A stretch of 64,000 bases of DNA, taken from the NCBI GenBank assembly GCA_963775895.1, contig CAVZKL010000010.1, positions 1 through 64,000 of the forward strand, written 5' to 3'. Within the stretch, counting starts at the first letter, position 1, and each line of letters starts with the position of its first letter. This document shows positions 31,787 to 43,251 of this stretch, piece after piece. This stretch comes from Candidatus Bathyarchaeota archaeon. Lineage in GTDB: Archaea > Thermoproteota > Bathyarchaeia > Bathyarchaeales > Bathycorpusculaceae. The notes under the pieces were generated by a model. The model made no database searches and was not told where the DNA came from. It was given only the letters and a program-made list of their open reading frames with translations. Made by a program: the position numbers and the translations under genes.

Positions 31787-34700
31787 ATGCCGAAATTTGA
31801 CTGGATACGAAAAGTTCTGGTCCTCGGAAGCGGAGCAATAAAGATCGGTGAAGCCGCGGAGTTCGACTACTCTGGAAGCCAAGGTCTCAAAGCCTTGAGA
31901 GAAGAGAACATCCAGACCGTCCTCGTCAACCCAAACATAGCGACGATTCAAACCGACCCCAATCTCGCCGGAAAAGTGTACCTGTTGCCCTTGACGCCGA
32001 TGCACATAGCAAGAGTGATCGAGAAAGAGGCTCCCGACGGAATACTCCTTGGCTTCGGAGGACAAACAGCCCTCAACTGTGGAGTTCAACTTTACAAACA
32101 AGGTATCCTAGAGAAGTTTGGTGTCAAAGTCTTGGGAACGCCTGTCAAAACCATAGAGGACACCGAAGATCGAGAGCTTTTCAGGCAAGCCATGATACGT
32201 GCGCAAATCCCTATGCCTAAGAACGGCTCTGCAACCTCCGTCCAAGACGCTGTCGCCTTGGCAAGAAGAATAGGATACCCCGTAATCGTTCGCGTTGCTT
32301 ATACACTCGGAGGAAAAGGCTCAGGAGTAGCTCATGAAGAAACTGAACTCAAGGAAATAGTTAACAGAGCTCTTGCGCAGAGCATGATTTCCCAAGTTCT
32401 CATTGAAGAGTACCTGACTCATTGGAAGGAGCTCGAGTACGAGGTCATGCGGGACTGCGCCAACAACTGCCTCACCGTGTGCAACATGGAAAACATCGAT
32501 CCCATGGGCGTCCACACTGGCGATTCGATCGTCGTAGCTCCTTCCCAGACTCTGTCAGACGCTGAATACCACACTTTGCGCGAAGCATCAATCAAAGTTA
32601 TACAAAGTCTAGGAGTGATCGGCGAATGCAACATCCAATGGGCTCTGAACCCCAAGCGTCTCGATTACCGCCCGATAGAAGTAAACGCCCGCATGTCCAG
32701 AAGCTCGGCTTTAGCAAGCAAGGCAACGGGCTATCCGTTAGCATACATAGCTGCCAAGCTCTGCATCGGTTACCTTCTTCCAGAGTTGATCAACAAAGCC
32801 ACCGGGGTCACAACTGCTTGTTTTGAACCAGCATTGGACTACGTGGTAGTCAAGTATCCGAGGTGGGATCTTCAGAAATTCAAGAACGTAGATCGTCATC
32901 TCGGGCCACAGATGAAATCTGTAGGAGAGGTGATGGCGATCGGCAGATGTCTTGAGGAGGCTTTACAGAAAGCTATTCGTATGCTGGATATAACGAAAAG
33001 AGGGGTCGTTTGCAACGACGATGAAAAATACGTCGAACCTACTGAAATGCTCAAAGATGCAATCGCAAATCCCACCGATGAAAGATTCTTCAAGATCGTT
33101 AAGGCTTTGAAGAATGGGGTGTCGATCGAAGAAATCTACGGCCTCAGCGGAATCGATCCTTTCTTTTTGTACAAGCTGAAAAACATAATTGACATCGACA
33201 AAAGACTGCGCGACGCAAAACTGAACTGGAAAGAAGCCAAGCTCTTAGTTAAAGAAGCGAAAAGGCTTGGATTCTCCGACGAACAGATCGCGATCTCCAT
33301 GAAGACTGATGAGATGGACGTGCGGAAAACTCGAAAGAAGTATGGCATCGTTCCTGTTGTGAAGCAGATTGACACGTTAGCCGCAGAATGGCCGGCCAGA
33401 ACCAACTATCTCTACCTCACCTATGGCGGAGACGAAGACGACATAACCTTCAATGCTAACAAGAGCAAAGTCATTGTCCTTGGTTCAGGCGTATTCAGAA
33501 TAGGATCAAGCGTGGAGTTTGATTGGTGCAGCCTGAACACGATTTGGGCTCTCAAAAAGAACGGCATCCAAGAAGCCATAATGATCAACTGCAACCCCGA
33601 AACGGTCTCAACCGACTTCGACATGTCGGACAAACTGTACTTTGAAGAGTTGACAAAAGAGCGCATACTAGACATTTATGAAAAGGAGAATCCCCTCGGA
33701 GTAATCACCAGTGTCGGAGGACAAATTCCAAACAACTTAGCATTGAAACTCGACAGCCTCGGTGTCAGACTACTCGGCACATCGGCTCGAAACATTGACT
33801 GCGCAGAAGACCGCGAGAAGTTCAGTCAACTCGTAGACGAGCTCTGGATCAATCAGCCCGACTGGAAAACGCTCAGAGAGATAGGAGAAGTGAAAGCGTT
33901 TGCCAACGAGATCGGCTACCCAGTTCTCGTTCGGCCAAGCTACGTATTGTCTGGCTCTGCGATGAGAATTGCCTACTCAGAAAGCGAACTTGAAGATTAT
34001 CTTTTCTTGGCAACCAGAGTCTCTCCCCAACACCCCGTGGTCATCTCGAAATTTATCAGGAATGCAAGAGAAGTCGAAGTTGACGGAGTCTCTGATGGAG
34101 AAGATACTCTAATCGGCGCAATCATAGAACACGTCGAAGACGCCGGAACACACAGTGGAGACGCAACGATGAGTATACCATCTCAGACACTCACCCCCAA
34201 AGTTGAAAACGATATCGAAGACTATACCAACAGAATCGCAAAACTGCTTCAGGTCAAAGGACCATTCAACATCCAATATCTCGTGAAGGACGGCGTCATC
34301 CATGTAATCGAGTGCAACCTAAGAGCATCGCGATCGATGCCATACGTCAGCAAAACCAGAGGCGTCAACCTAATCGAACTCGCTACACAGGTAATGTTGG
34401 GAAAAAAATTGAAGGACCTCGGAATACTCGATCTTCCTCCCGTCAAACACGTCGGCGTCAAGGTCCCTCAATTCAGTTTCATGCAACTGAGCGGGGCAGA
34501 CCCAGTTCTGGGCGTGGAAATGCTCAGCACCGGCGAAGTAGCCTGCCTAGGAGAAAACTTCACCGACGCTCTCTCCAAAGCCCTGCTTTCAGCCGACTTC
34601 AAGATCCCGCCGATCGGAGGCTCAGTCTTAATAACCGTGGGCGGGAAAGAATTGAAGAAACAAATCATGCCCATTGCGAGACACTTGTCGCAGATGGGTT

Positions 34701-35064
34701 TCAAAATCTACGCAACACGCCACACTGCTGAAGCTATGATCAGGATGGTGAGAAACACGTTTTCGTCCTGCACAAAGTGAGGGAACCCGACAAGAAACCT
34801 AACATCACCGACTACATCAGAAAAGGCAAGATTGACCTGGTCATCAACATACCACTCGTGAGTGCTTCTCGCGAACAGGAAGCCGCGTTAAGTGACGAAT
34901 GCACAATTCGACGGCTAGCCATCGAATATAATATTCCAGTCCTCACAAACCTCGAGTTGGCTTCAGCGCTCGTCAAAATCCTAAGGGATGAGGAAGACGG
35001 CCAACAGCTTGCTTTGCGTTCACTAAATGAATACATGAAAACCCGTTCTTTTGCCAAAAGGTAA
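31787..35064 (+). CDS. carB: carbamoyl-phosphate synthase large subunit (frameshift at about 34750)
   Basis: GSGAIKIGEAAEFDYSG, two ATP-grasp domains; MGS domain completed by ORF 34777-35064. Confidence 0.95.
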
Positions 35065-35113
35065 AACACGTGTCTTGTCTGAGTGCTTCAAGAAAGCAAT
35101 CATTCTAGGGCTA

Positions 35114-35335
35114 GCGCGCTATTTCTGGTCAACCACACTATTCTTGGAGTGGCGAATCAACGCTCATCAAGGTTCAAGTTTCAGAGTTTGATCAAGAGAA
35201 ATCTTCGGACTGACTTTGGTATTACATCCCTATTGAAGTGAAGGCGCCCCAGACAAGGAAGATCAGGACGCAATAATTAGCGCGCGAGTCGATGTTAAGA
35301 AGAATAACAAAGTGTAACAAGTGACTTTGCGCGCG
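35114..35335. repeat. cluster of three (GC)n junction-type palindromes
   Basis: TAGCGCGCTA at 35112, GCGCGCG at 35280 and 35329, in the carB-ALDH spacer. Confidence 0.55.
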
Positions 35336-35391
35336 TTCCTTTGACCGAAATATTAAAGAAAATCACTGTGGAAATGTTCTTCGGTGAGAGA

Positions 35392-36867
35392 ATGAGAAAT
35401 CGCAGTAATTATGGGCTTTTCATAAAGGGAGAATGGGTTGACTCGGTCTCTGGTAAGACTTTTCAAAGTGACAACCCGGCAAAACCCAAACAGATTCTGG
35501 GGGTTTTTCAGAAGGGAAACACTGAAGATGTGGCTAACGCTGTTGCGGCAGCCGAAGCGACGTTTGAGAGTTGGAGCGAAACGCCTGCTCCCAAAAGAGG
35601 TGTCTATCCTGTTGAGGGCTGCCCAGTTGCTGGGAGAAAACAAGGAGAAGTTGGCGAGAGAAATGACGATGGAGATGGGCAAAGTCATAAGTGAAGCCAG
35701 AGGCGACGTTCAAGAAGCCATCGACATCACTGAATACATGGCAGGTGAGGGCAGAAGACTGTTCGGTTTCACGACGCCTTCAGAGTTGCGGAAGAAATTC
35801 TGCATGACGATAAGGCGACCAGTCGGCGTTTGTGGAATAGTGACTCCTTGGAACTTTCCGATCGCTATTCCAGCATGGAAAATAATGGCCGCATTGATCT
35901 GCGGAAACCCGTAGTTTTCAAACCATCCTCAGACACGCCGCTCTGCGCGGTGAGGCTCGTAGAGATCTTGGAGAGAGCTGGCATTCCCAAAGGCGTGCTA
36001 AACATGGTCACCGGTTCTGGCGAAGACGCTGGAATGAGCCTTGTAAGAAACGAGAACGTCAGAGCAATTTCATTCACTGGACACAGAGACACAGGAGCCG
36101 TTATCTTGAAGGAGGCTGGTCTTAAGAGAGTCGGCCTCGAACTGGGTGGCAAGAACGGAATAATAGTACTGGCTGATGCTGACTTACGGCTGGCGGTGGA
36201 CGGTGTTATCTGGGGCGCTTACGGAACCACTGGACAGAGATGCACTGCAGCATCAAGAGTGATAGTTCAGGAGAAAGTGCAGAAAAAGTTTGAGAAGATT
36301 CTGATTGACAGAATAAAGAAATTGAAGCTGGGAGACGGTCTCGATCCAGCGACTGATGTGGGTCCACTGATCAACAAAGTAGCTCAAGAGAAAAGCGCAC
36401 GCTACGTTGAAATAGGGAAGAAAGAAGGTGCGAAGCTCCTGATCGGAGGAAAAGTTCCTAAGCGGGAAGGCTTCTTCTTCGAGCCGACCCTGTTCACAGA
36501 CTGTTCGACTGACATGAGAATTGCACAAGAAGAAATATTCGGTCCAATCCTTTCGCTGATATCTGTGAAGGACTTCGACGAAGCAATAGACGCCATAAAC
36601 TCCGTAGAGTACGGTCTCAGTTCCGCAATCTATACCCGAGACATTAAAGCCGCGTTTGAAGCGATGAACAAAATTGAAGCGGGGCTTACTTACGTGAACT
36701 CCAGCACGATCGGCTCCGAGGTTCATCTTCCCTTCGGAGGGGTAAAGCACACTGGCACAGGAGCACGGGAAGGCGGGATTGAGGGAATAGACGAGTTTTC
36801 TGAAACAAAAACCATCTACGTCGACTATTCTGGAAAACTACAGAGGGCTCAGATAGATATCGACTAG
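35392..36867 (+). CDS. NAD(P)-dependent aldehyde dehydrogenase (two apparent frameshifts)
   Basis: [21 protein letters not shown], catalytic GQRCTA, EEIFGP, PFGG. Confidence 0.92.
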
Positions 36868-37051
36868 AGAATGCGCTGAAGACTAGGATCAAAATTGTTA
36901 CCTTATGGGGAATATGGGGAGGATGCCGTTGGCTTGATTTCAGTTCACAACAGTAGCGCGCACTGTCGTAACGTGCAGAATCTCACGTAAAACGCGGTTG
37001 AACAATTTATATATGGACAGCGAACAATGAAGATAGAGAGGGATTTCATCA

Positions 37052-37753
37052 TTGCCTCTTGATCCCCTAGTCATCACTGCCATCGTGCTAGGGGTGATCA
37101 TCGTATGCTTGATCGTGATTTTCGGAATGCGCGGGCAACGTAGGAAACGCAAGAAGTCCGACGAGAGCGAGCCCGTTCCAGAGCTCAGGGGTTATCCATT
37201 CAAAGTCACTAAGACCGTTCCGACAGGCGATGCTTCACACGCTAAGGATGAGCTCCGAATACTGGATTTGGAGAGAGAGATACTCAGCGACGCCATCCGA
37301 CGATTGTACGAGGCTCATGCCGAAGGAAAGATAACCGAGCAAGAGAGAGATCGATTAGCCGAAACCTACAAGGCCAGAATGATGCTGGTCAAGGAGGCGA
37401 TGTCCAAAGACGAATCTCTGGTAGCCTTGCACGAGCTTGAAACGATGCAGGAAGATTTGATGAAACTCTTCAGCCAGAGATTCGATGAACTCAGCACAAA
37501 GATTGAAGAATTGCGTTCTAAAACAGAGACAAAACCGATTAAGGAGCTCACAATTGCTCCTAAAACGGTTGAGGAGGCAGAAGCGTCGAGCGAAGAGGGG
37601 AAAGGTGGCGATGAAGAAAAAGCAAAGAGAAAACGGAAGCCTCCAGCTCAAAAAGTTAGTCCGCGCACGGAAGCTGAGAGAAGAATAGAGGAAATACGAT
37701 CCGAAGTTGAAAAAGTTCTGGACAAGCTGGGTCAAATGGAAATTGAATCCTAA
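37052..37753 (+). CDS. membrane-anchored coiled-coil hypothetical protein
   Basis: N-terminal TM followed by a charged helical region. Confidence 0.75.
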   Translation: MPLDPLVITAIVLGVIIVCLIVIFGMRGQRRKRKKSDESEPVPELRGYPFKVTKTVPTGDASHAKDELRILDLEREILSDAIRRLYEAHAEGKITEQERDRLAETYKARMMLVKEAMSKDESLVALHELETMQEDLMKLFSQRFDELSTKIEELRSKTETKPIKELTIAPKTVEEAEASSEEGKGGDEEKAKRKRKPPAQKVSPRTEAERRIEEIRSEVEKVLDKLGQMEIES

Positions 37754-38450
37754 ACTGCAAGACATTGAAAAGGGAAAAAGAAACGCGGCTCTTGAGGCCG
37801 TCAAACACGTCAAAGACGGTTTCATCGTCGGATTGGGAAGCGGAAGCACGGCGGCCCTAGCGATCGAGGAGATTGGAAAAAGAATCGCCAAGGACAAGAT
37901 ACGCGTCTTGGGAGTGCCCACGTCCTACCAAGCCTTCTTGCTCGCCGTTCACTATGGCATACCGGTAACAACTTTGGAAGAGCACCCGGTGTTGGATGTG
38001 ACTATCGACGGCGCCGATCAGATCGACAGGGAACTGAACCTGATCAAAGGAATGGGCGGGGCTCTGGTGCGCGAGAAAATCGTTGCCTATTCCTCTAAAC
38101 AGAACATAATAGTAGCCGACGAAAGCAAGAAAGTCAGGGTTCTCGGGGAGAACGGGCAGCCTGTCCCCATAGAGGCCTTGCCTCTGTCAGTGCCTCTAGT
38201 CAAGAGTAGACTGAAAGCGTTGAAAGGCAAGCCCGTCCTGAGAGAGGGAAATGGAAAAGTGGGGCCCGTTATAACCGACAACGGAAACGTGATTCTGGAC
38301 ACAAAGTTTGGACTAATTCACAAGCCGGCTGAACTAGCATGCGACCTTAAGATTATTCCAGGAGTCGTGGAAACCGGCATTTTCGTCGGGACTGCGAACG
38401 TGGTGTACTTTGGAAAAAGCTCTACCGTGGAGAAATTAGTGAAGGGGTAG
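37743..38450 (+). CDS. rpiA: ribose-5-phosphate isomerase A
   Basis: GLGSGST, IDGADQ, KGMGGA, TDNGN, GVVETG. Confidence 0.95.
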   Translation: MNPKLQDIEKGKRNAALEAVKHVKDGFIVGLGSGSTAALAIEEIGKRIAKDKIRVLGVPTSYQAFLLAVHYGIPVTTLEEHPVLDVTIDGADQIDRELNLIKGMGGALVREKIVAYSSKQNIIVADESKKVRVLGENGQPVPIEALPLSVPLVKSRLKALKGKPVLREGNGKVGPVITDNGNVILDTKFGLIHKPAELACDLKIIPGVVETGIFVGTANVVYFGKSSTVEKLVKG

Positions 38451-38480
38451 GGCTTTTCCGTTCTCGATTCGATGCGTGTG

Positions 38481-38783
38481 CTATTTGAACAATTCTTGGA
38501 AACATTCTTTGTGGTAGTGGCTTCTCTCTTCTCCATTTGCGTCTTTGATAACAACTTCGTCGTCAGGGTCGAGCTTGTGTCGGCATTTGTCGCATTTCAG
38601 AGTGTTTTTAGGGTTCTCGAAGCGTTGTGCTTCCATTTCTCTGAATTCCTCGCATTTCCGCTTTAACTCAGCAACTCGCTCTCGCAGTTCGCGAAGTTTG
38701 TAGAGGGTCGCTTCTACTCTTTCCTTCAAATCGTCCTGGTCTTCCTGATTGACGTGCTCTCCTGTCTCCATTCTTTCCAACAT
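38481..38783 (-). CDS. coiled-coil plus LIM-like zinc-finger protein
   Basis: CDKC...YHKECF. Confidence 0.65.
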   Translation of the reverse strand: MLERMETGEHVNQEDQDDLKERVEATLYKLRELRERVAELKRKCEEFREMEAQRFENPKNTLKCDKCRHKLDPDDEVVIKDANGEERSHYHKECFQELFK

Positions 38784-39000
38784 TAAGATTTGCCTTCTTC
38801 GTGTATGCTACAACGTGTCTTAATATATAATACTTTATTCTCCATCCGCAATATGTCAAAAACAAAAAAAGTCCATGTCTAGTGCGCCCAAAACCCTGCA
38901 AACTCCCGATCAAAAACAGTCAGCTCTCTAAAGGAAAAGCTGAAGAACCAAATAACCTTAAATCATGGCTTTCCTAATCCAAATTGCCTGAAGCAAAAAA

Positions 39001-39116
39001 GCCGGGGTAGCCTAGCCTGGCCAGGGCGCCAGACTCATAATCTGGAGAACAACCGAAGGGCCAAACGGGCGCCCAGTGTCCAGAAGTCGCGGGCTCGAAT
39101 CCCGCCCCCGGCACCA
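39001..39116 (+). tRNA. tRNA-Met(CAT), elongator type, with 38-nt intron at position 45/46 (39048-39085)
   Basis: GCCGGGG acceptor, CCAGA-CT-CAT-AA-TCTGG. Removing 39048-39085 gives variable loop AGGTC, T arm and ACCA. Confidence 0.88.
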
Positions 39117-39125
39117 AGAACGATG

Positions 39126-40290
39126 CTAGTCGACCGTGGTAAATGAAGTATCACTTCTAGTCGATATTTCGAGCTGGTCGCCGCTGAACGCTTTTTTCAC
39201 GTATACGTTTCTGACGGCTACTCTGATACCTGGCTCGAATTCGGCCGCGATGTCGGCATTTTCTCGCCAGGCAGAAACTAAAACCTTGCCAGTTTCATCT
39301 TTCAGCTCAAACGTTGTCAGTTTGACAACTTCACCTCGAGAAGTTTTGACCTCTCTGGCAACAGGTTCGGTGGCAACCTCTCCTTCAACGTTCACGATGC
39401 CCATTCCTTCTTTTAGCTGCGCTATTTCGCAGAATTCCTCGGATGCTGGAATCAGTCCCAAGTAGGTTCCTGCGTCAACGTTGATTTCCAGCTCTTCTCC
39501 TATGGCCTTCTTGATCTTTCCGTTAACTATCTGAAGTCTGTCTCCACTCTTCAAGGTGTTTTCAAGTTCATCGGCCTTTCTCGTTCCAAACTACCACTGA
39601 AATCTCTCCTGTGTTGTCCGCCACTATGAATCGCATGACCTTTCCTTGGCTCATATCTTTTCTTTCAAAGATCGAAGCGGGAAACGTTTTCTTCACAGTT
39701 CCCACGATTGACACTCTTTTGTTACTCCGGAATGAAGGCACTTGGCCGATTTTGGTAGAAAACTTCCGAACGTCTGGAAAGTCTTTTTTCTTAACGTCTT
39801 GTGGGTCTTTTTCAATCTCGGACTTTTCTCCTACGTGGAGTTCTACTTTCCTGCTAAGGTCCTCTCTCGTGTATCCGTGTACAAATCTCACGATTTGCCC
39901 GACCTTTATTTCGTCTTTTTCCAGCATGCTGGTTTTTTCGTTCCACAGCACAACTCTCAAAATGCCGCTCGTGTCAGCGATAAGCAGGCTCGCCAGTTTT
40001 CCTTTCTTCACTCCGTCGAAATCCTTCGGAGGAAAAACCGCCAAAACTCTTCCAGTCACAGTGATGTCGTTCAGTCCAGGAAGCAAGTCTCTTGCGAGGA
40101 GCGAAGGCATGTTGGCTTCGTTTTTGGCTGCTTCACAACCGAATTCGGCTGCGATCATGTTCAGGAGAGCTTCATCTGAGATCAGCCCGCCTGTCTTTTG
40201 CTTCTCCTTTGTTAGCCTGTTCAGTACTTGGTCTCTCGATATCCAGGGACATTTGGAAGTGATTTGTGCGATAATTTCGTCAGCGTTCAT
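39126..40290 (-). CDS. replication protein A / SSB with multiple OB folds (frameshift at about 39570)
   Basis: ADTSG..RVVLW, ADNTGEISVVVW and KDETGKVLVSAW OB repeats. Confidence 0.85.
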
Positions 40291-40390
40291 TCTGGCTCAG
40301 TCGTCTTAGAAGTTGAGATGAGCGTCGATGCTATAAGACTTATTAAAAGCTATTTACGTTTTTCAGTTTGGAAGGAGTTCAAAGGCGCGA

Positions 40391-40676
40391 ATGGATTCAG
40401 GAACGCTCTGGGCCGTAGGTTTGGCTTTGGTGTTTGTCGGCGTGCTAATAATGTTGCTCGCAGTGCTTCTCATGTTTTTCTCACGAAGCAAAACAGAAGA
40501 CGACCAGAAAGGAATCGAAAGTGGAGGTTAGGGGTGGTGGCGCAATCATCATCGGTCCTATCCCCATAATTTTTGGAACAGACAGAAAGTCCTTGAAAAC
40601 GATCCTGTTGTTGTCGATAACCTTGACAATACTTCTGATAGTATTGGCGGTGGTCATTTATTTCATTTCAAGGTGA
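40391..40676 (+). CDS. DUF131 / TIGR00304 membrane protein (frameshifted)
   Basis: VRGGGAIIIGPIPIIFGTD motif. Confidence 0.75.
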
Positions 40677-40969
40677 ACTCGTTGGCGGAAGCGCATAAAC
40701 AATTCGCAGTCGGTGCTCAAGGAAGAACTAATCGGTTTCTTTTTCTGTTCGCTTTGGGATTTGTACTCGTCGTCGTTGGAATAATCGTTCTTGTTGCCTC
40801 CGCGCTTCTTTCAGGAAGTGGTTCAGGGAGTTATGGCATAGTCATTTTCATCGGGCCAATACCAATAGTCATAGGTGGTGGACCTGAAGGTCCATGGCTC
40901 ATACTGTTTGGATTAGTACTTGCCATCATGAGCATGGCTGTTCTTGTGTCTATGCGAAAAAAGCTCTAG
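40673..40969 (+). CDS. DUF131 family membrane protein
   Basis: GIVIFIGPIPIVIG motif. Confidence 0.8.
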   Translation: MNSLAEAHKQFAVGAQGRTNRFLFLFALGFVLVVVGIIVLVASALLSGSGSGSYGIVIFIGPIPIVIGGGPEGPWLILFGLVLAIMSMAVLVSMRKKL

Positions 40970-40978
40970 AATAGGCGT

Positions 40979-41095
40979 TTAGTCCTGTTTCTCTTCCTTT
41001 CCGTAGAATAAGTACAGGAAGACCAGAACGAGCACTATGAACGTAGCGCCCATGAGAACGTACTTGAGCAGCTCAAAGTAAGCTCCTAAGTCCAT
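40979..41095 (-). CDS. 38-aa single-TM small protein
   Basis: MDLGAYFELLKYVLMGATFIVLVLVFLYLFYGKEEKQD*; GAAGGAG RBS and TATA-like sequence upstream. Confidence 0.55.
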   Translation of the reverse strand: MDLGAYFELLKYVLMGATFIVLVLVFLYLFYGKEEKQD

Positions 41096-41275
41096 GGAAA
41101 TGTTCTCCTTCCGAAATTCTAATTGAGTTTAAGTATTTAAGCAAATCCATGTGGCGACATCTCCCGCAAAATCCCCTTCTTTTTCTCTCCGTATGAATGT
41201 ATTCTAGACACTTGATACTAACATGTTCGGCGTACCGTCAAACCAGTGTGTTTTAACTGGCATCCTCAGACTATG

Positions 41276-41343
41276 GCACTAATAAATCTAATGTTCCACT
41301 CTCAGGTTTAGCAACGCATGCCTAAGATACCGTTGAGGCGCGC
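41276..41343 (-). promoter_or_regulatory. promoter-like mini-module, minus strand
   Basis: 41276-41297 is the exact reverse complement of 5501-5522 (GGAACATTAGATTTATTAGTGC); (GC)n site at 41338. Confidence 0.55.
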
Positions 41344-42016
41344 ACGAAAAGCATTTGATTTCCGTTCTTGCTGACATGCGTTATTGTTCCGATTTTTCTG
41401 AGCGAATAAGTCATTTTTCGAGATTGATTAACGGATATTCCGAGGCTTTCGGCCAGATTTCTGTTCGAAAAGGGATCAGGCAAATCTTTAGGTAGGACTT
41501 TGAGGAAATCTGTTTTGTGTTCAAAGATTCGTCTTTCAAAAACGCGAATAAGCTTTCTGTCTTCTATGCTTGCGCCTTTCCTTCTCCAGCTTCCTCTTCC
41601 ATCGTTACACCATACTTCTTCTAGCTTCGACCATCAAAACTTCGACGCTGAGATTACCTTTGGAGAAGAGGCTCGGTATTCTGATTAATTCGCTGAAAAG
41701 GTCAGACAGGCGACCCTTCTTCGGAGATCTTCTTCTTCCAAATGTCTCTCCGGTGGCCGTCGATTTATGAACTATCCATTTTTCTCTTGGGTATAGGGTA
41801 GACTAGGCGAACCTTGTGGTCATTGAGCAGACGTAAGAGCTTCGGTTTTATTGCTGAAAAGTTGGCAATCTGTATTTCGATCAACAGGTCTCCTCGCACT
41901 ATGTCCACTATGAAATCGTCTACTTTGGCTTCTAGTTTGTCTCCCTCAAGAAAGTACCATTTCTTTATCGCAGAATGAAGTGAGCTTTCCCTTCCTGAGC
42001 TGAATGCATTATCCAT
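41322..42016 (-). CDS. PD-(D/E)XK nuclease-like hypothetical protein (two apparent frameshifts)
   Basis: ESSLH..IK.WY, FIVDIVRGDLLIEIQ..NF, RRSPKKG, GSWRRKG, C-terminal HTH-like segment. Confidence 0.6.
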
Positions 42017-42260
42017 CAAAGTTAAGATCTGCCGCATTTTCGATATCGTATGAGCTTCACCCGATAAGAAGGTTCTCAATGCGCGCGCTCAGATCACGAG
42101 TGTCCGCACTTTAACTGTAATGCTTTTTCTTATATTACAATAAAACTAATGTTCTACTTTCCCTTCCAATGGCAAACTCCTGCAAACAATGACCTAAGAA
42201 AGGAAAGCGCGCGCGTGGCTTGTTAGATATGTATATAATCTATCTTCCTTTCTTCTTTCT

Positions 42261-42461
42261 ATGGATGATGGTATGGTACGGGTTAGTGTGGAAGGAATTA
42301 AGAACGGCCTTTACGCCAACACCGTGGCCCAGACAAAAACGTTCGACATGAACACAGAAGCCGCCATGTTTCCAGACGAATTCTACAGCTTCGTCAAAGA
42401 GTTGCAGGAACAACTAGCAGAAGGAAAAATAGACAGGATACTCATACAAAGACGGCCCTAA
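42261..42461 (+). CDS. small hypothetical protein (66 aa)
   Basis: Own TATA-like sequence; bracketed by sites at 42207 and 42466. Confidence 0.6.
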   Translation: MDDGMVRVSVEGIKNGLYANTVAQTKTFDMNTEAAMFPDEFYSFVKELQEQLAEGKIDRILIQRRP

Positions 42462-42480
42462 TCCTCGCGCGCGGTTGGGT

Positions 42481-42503
42481 TGGCGGTAGAGTTTTATCCA
42501 AAT
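42481..42503 (-). repeat. dyad repeat copy 2
   Basis: Reverse complement ATTTGGATAAAACTCTACCGCCA, between sites 42466 and 42524. Confidence 0.7.
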
Positions 42504-42714
42504 CAAACCAGCCAATGCTAAATGCGCGCGCTTTTTCTTGTTTTTGGTCTTGGTCAAATCCTTCGACGGCAACATCTACTCAGACAAACCTTGAAAAGGT
42601 TAAAGAGATTGTGTCAACTAGTCTCATATTCTAATATGGTAACCCGAAGAAAACAAGGAACTTGCACTCGTTATTGACCAACTAATTCAACGCGCGCGCT
42701 AAGAAGGAAAAAGA

Positions 42715-42840
42715 ATGAGTGAAAGATACAGAAAATATGGTAGAGCAAAGAACTGCAGATGTAAGAACTGTGGGCTGGAGTTTAAGACAGAAGGAACTCC
42801 TAGGAATTGTCCTAGATGTCATTCAGTCATTGAGGTCTAG
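42715..42840 (+). CDS. 41-aa zinc-ribbon protein
   Basis: MSERYRKYGRAKNCRCKNCGLEFKTEGTPRNCPRCHSVIEV*; AAGAAGG RBS directly after the 42691 site. Confidence 0.6.
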   Translation: MSERYRKYGRAKNCRCKNCGLEFKTEGTPRNCPRCHSVIEV

Positions 42841-43217
42841 CGCAATGGGGTCTGCTTAGTCTTCTTAAGAATCGCCATTAATCCTTTGAAAATCCCGATG
42901 AATTTCAATCTTCTGTGATATTCACGTGGGTTAGCTTTCTCATCAAATTGGATCTCGTTGGCCTCTTTTGTGTACTTCTTTAACAGCTCCTCCGTGAAAT
43001 TTGGGGAAAATAGTAGGAGAGCTAATTCGTAGGCATTTTGAGTCCCCTCGACTTCTTGTTTTTGCTCGCGTTCTGCCGCAGCTTTGAAAGCTTCTTCCTC
43101 AGTTGTTACTGCGCCGAAAAAAACGTGTAAGGTTCTTAGAGGGTAGCCGAAATTCCAATTCCGTTCAATAGCCGACTTTACTCGACTATCATCAGAACAT
43201 GGAGCCAACACGAATAT
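42837..43217 (-). pseudogene. 5'-truncated hypothetical gene
   Basis: Protein-like frame runs back to the 43218 (GC)n site without a convincing start codon. Confidence 0.4.
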
Positions 43218-43251
43218 CGCGCGCGCGAAATGAAGCGCACGTACTATGATC

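Noticed and set aside
30622-36867. Programmed frameshifting or true pseudogenes in carA, carB and ALDH
   Set aside because: Indels are spread across unrelated genes with no common slippery motif; sequencing error is the simpler explanation.
29920-39116. Provirus or island integrated at a tRNA
   Set aside because: No integrase, viral genes or duplicated tRNA 3' ends were seen.
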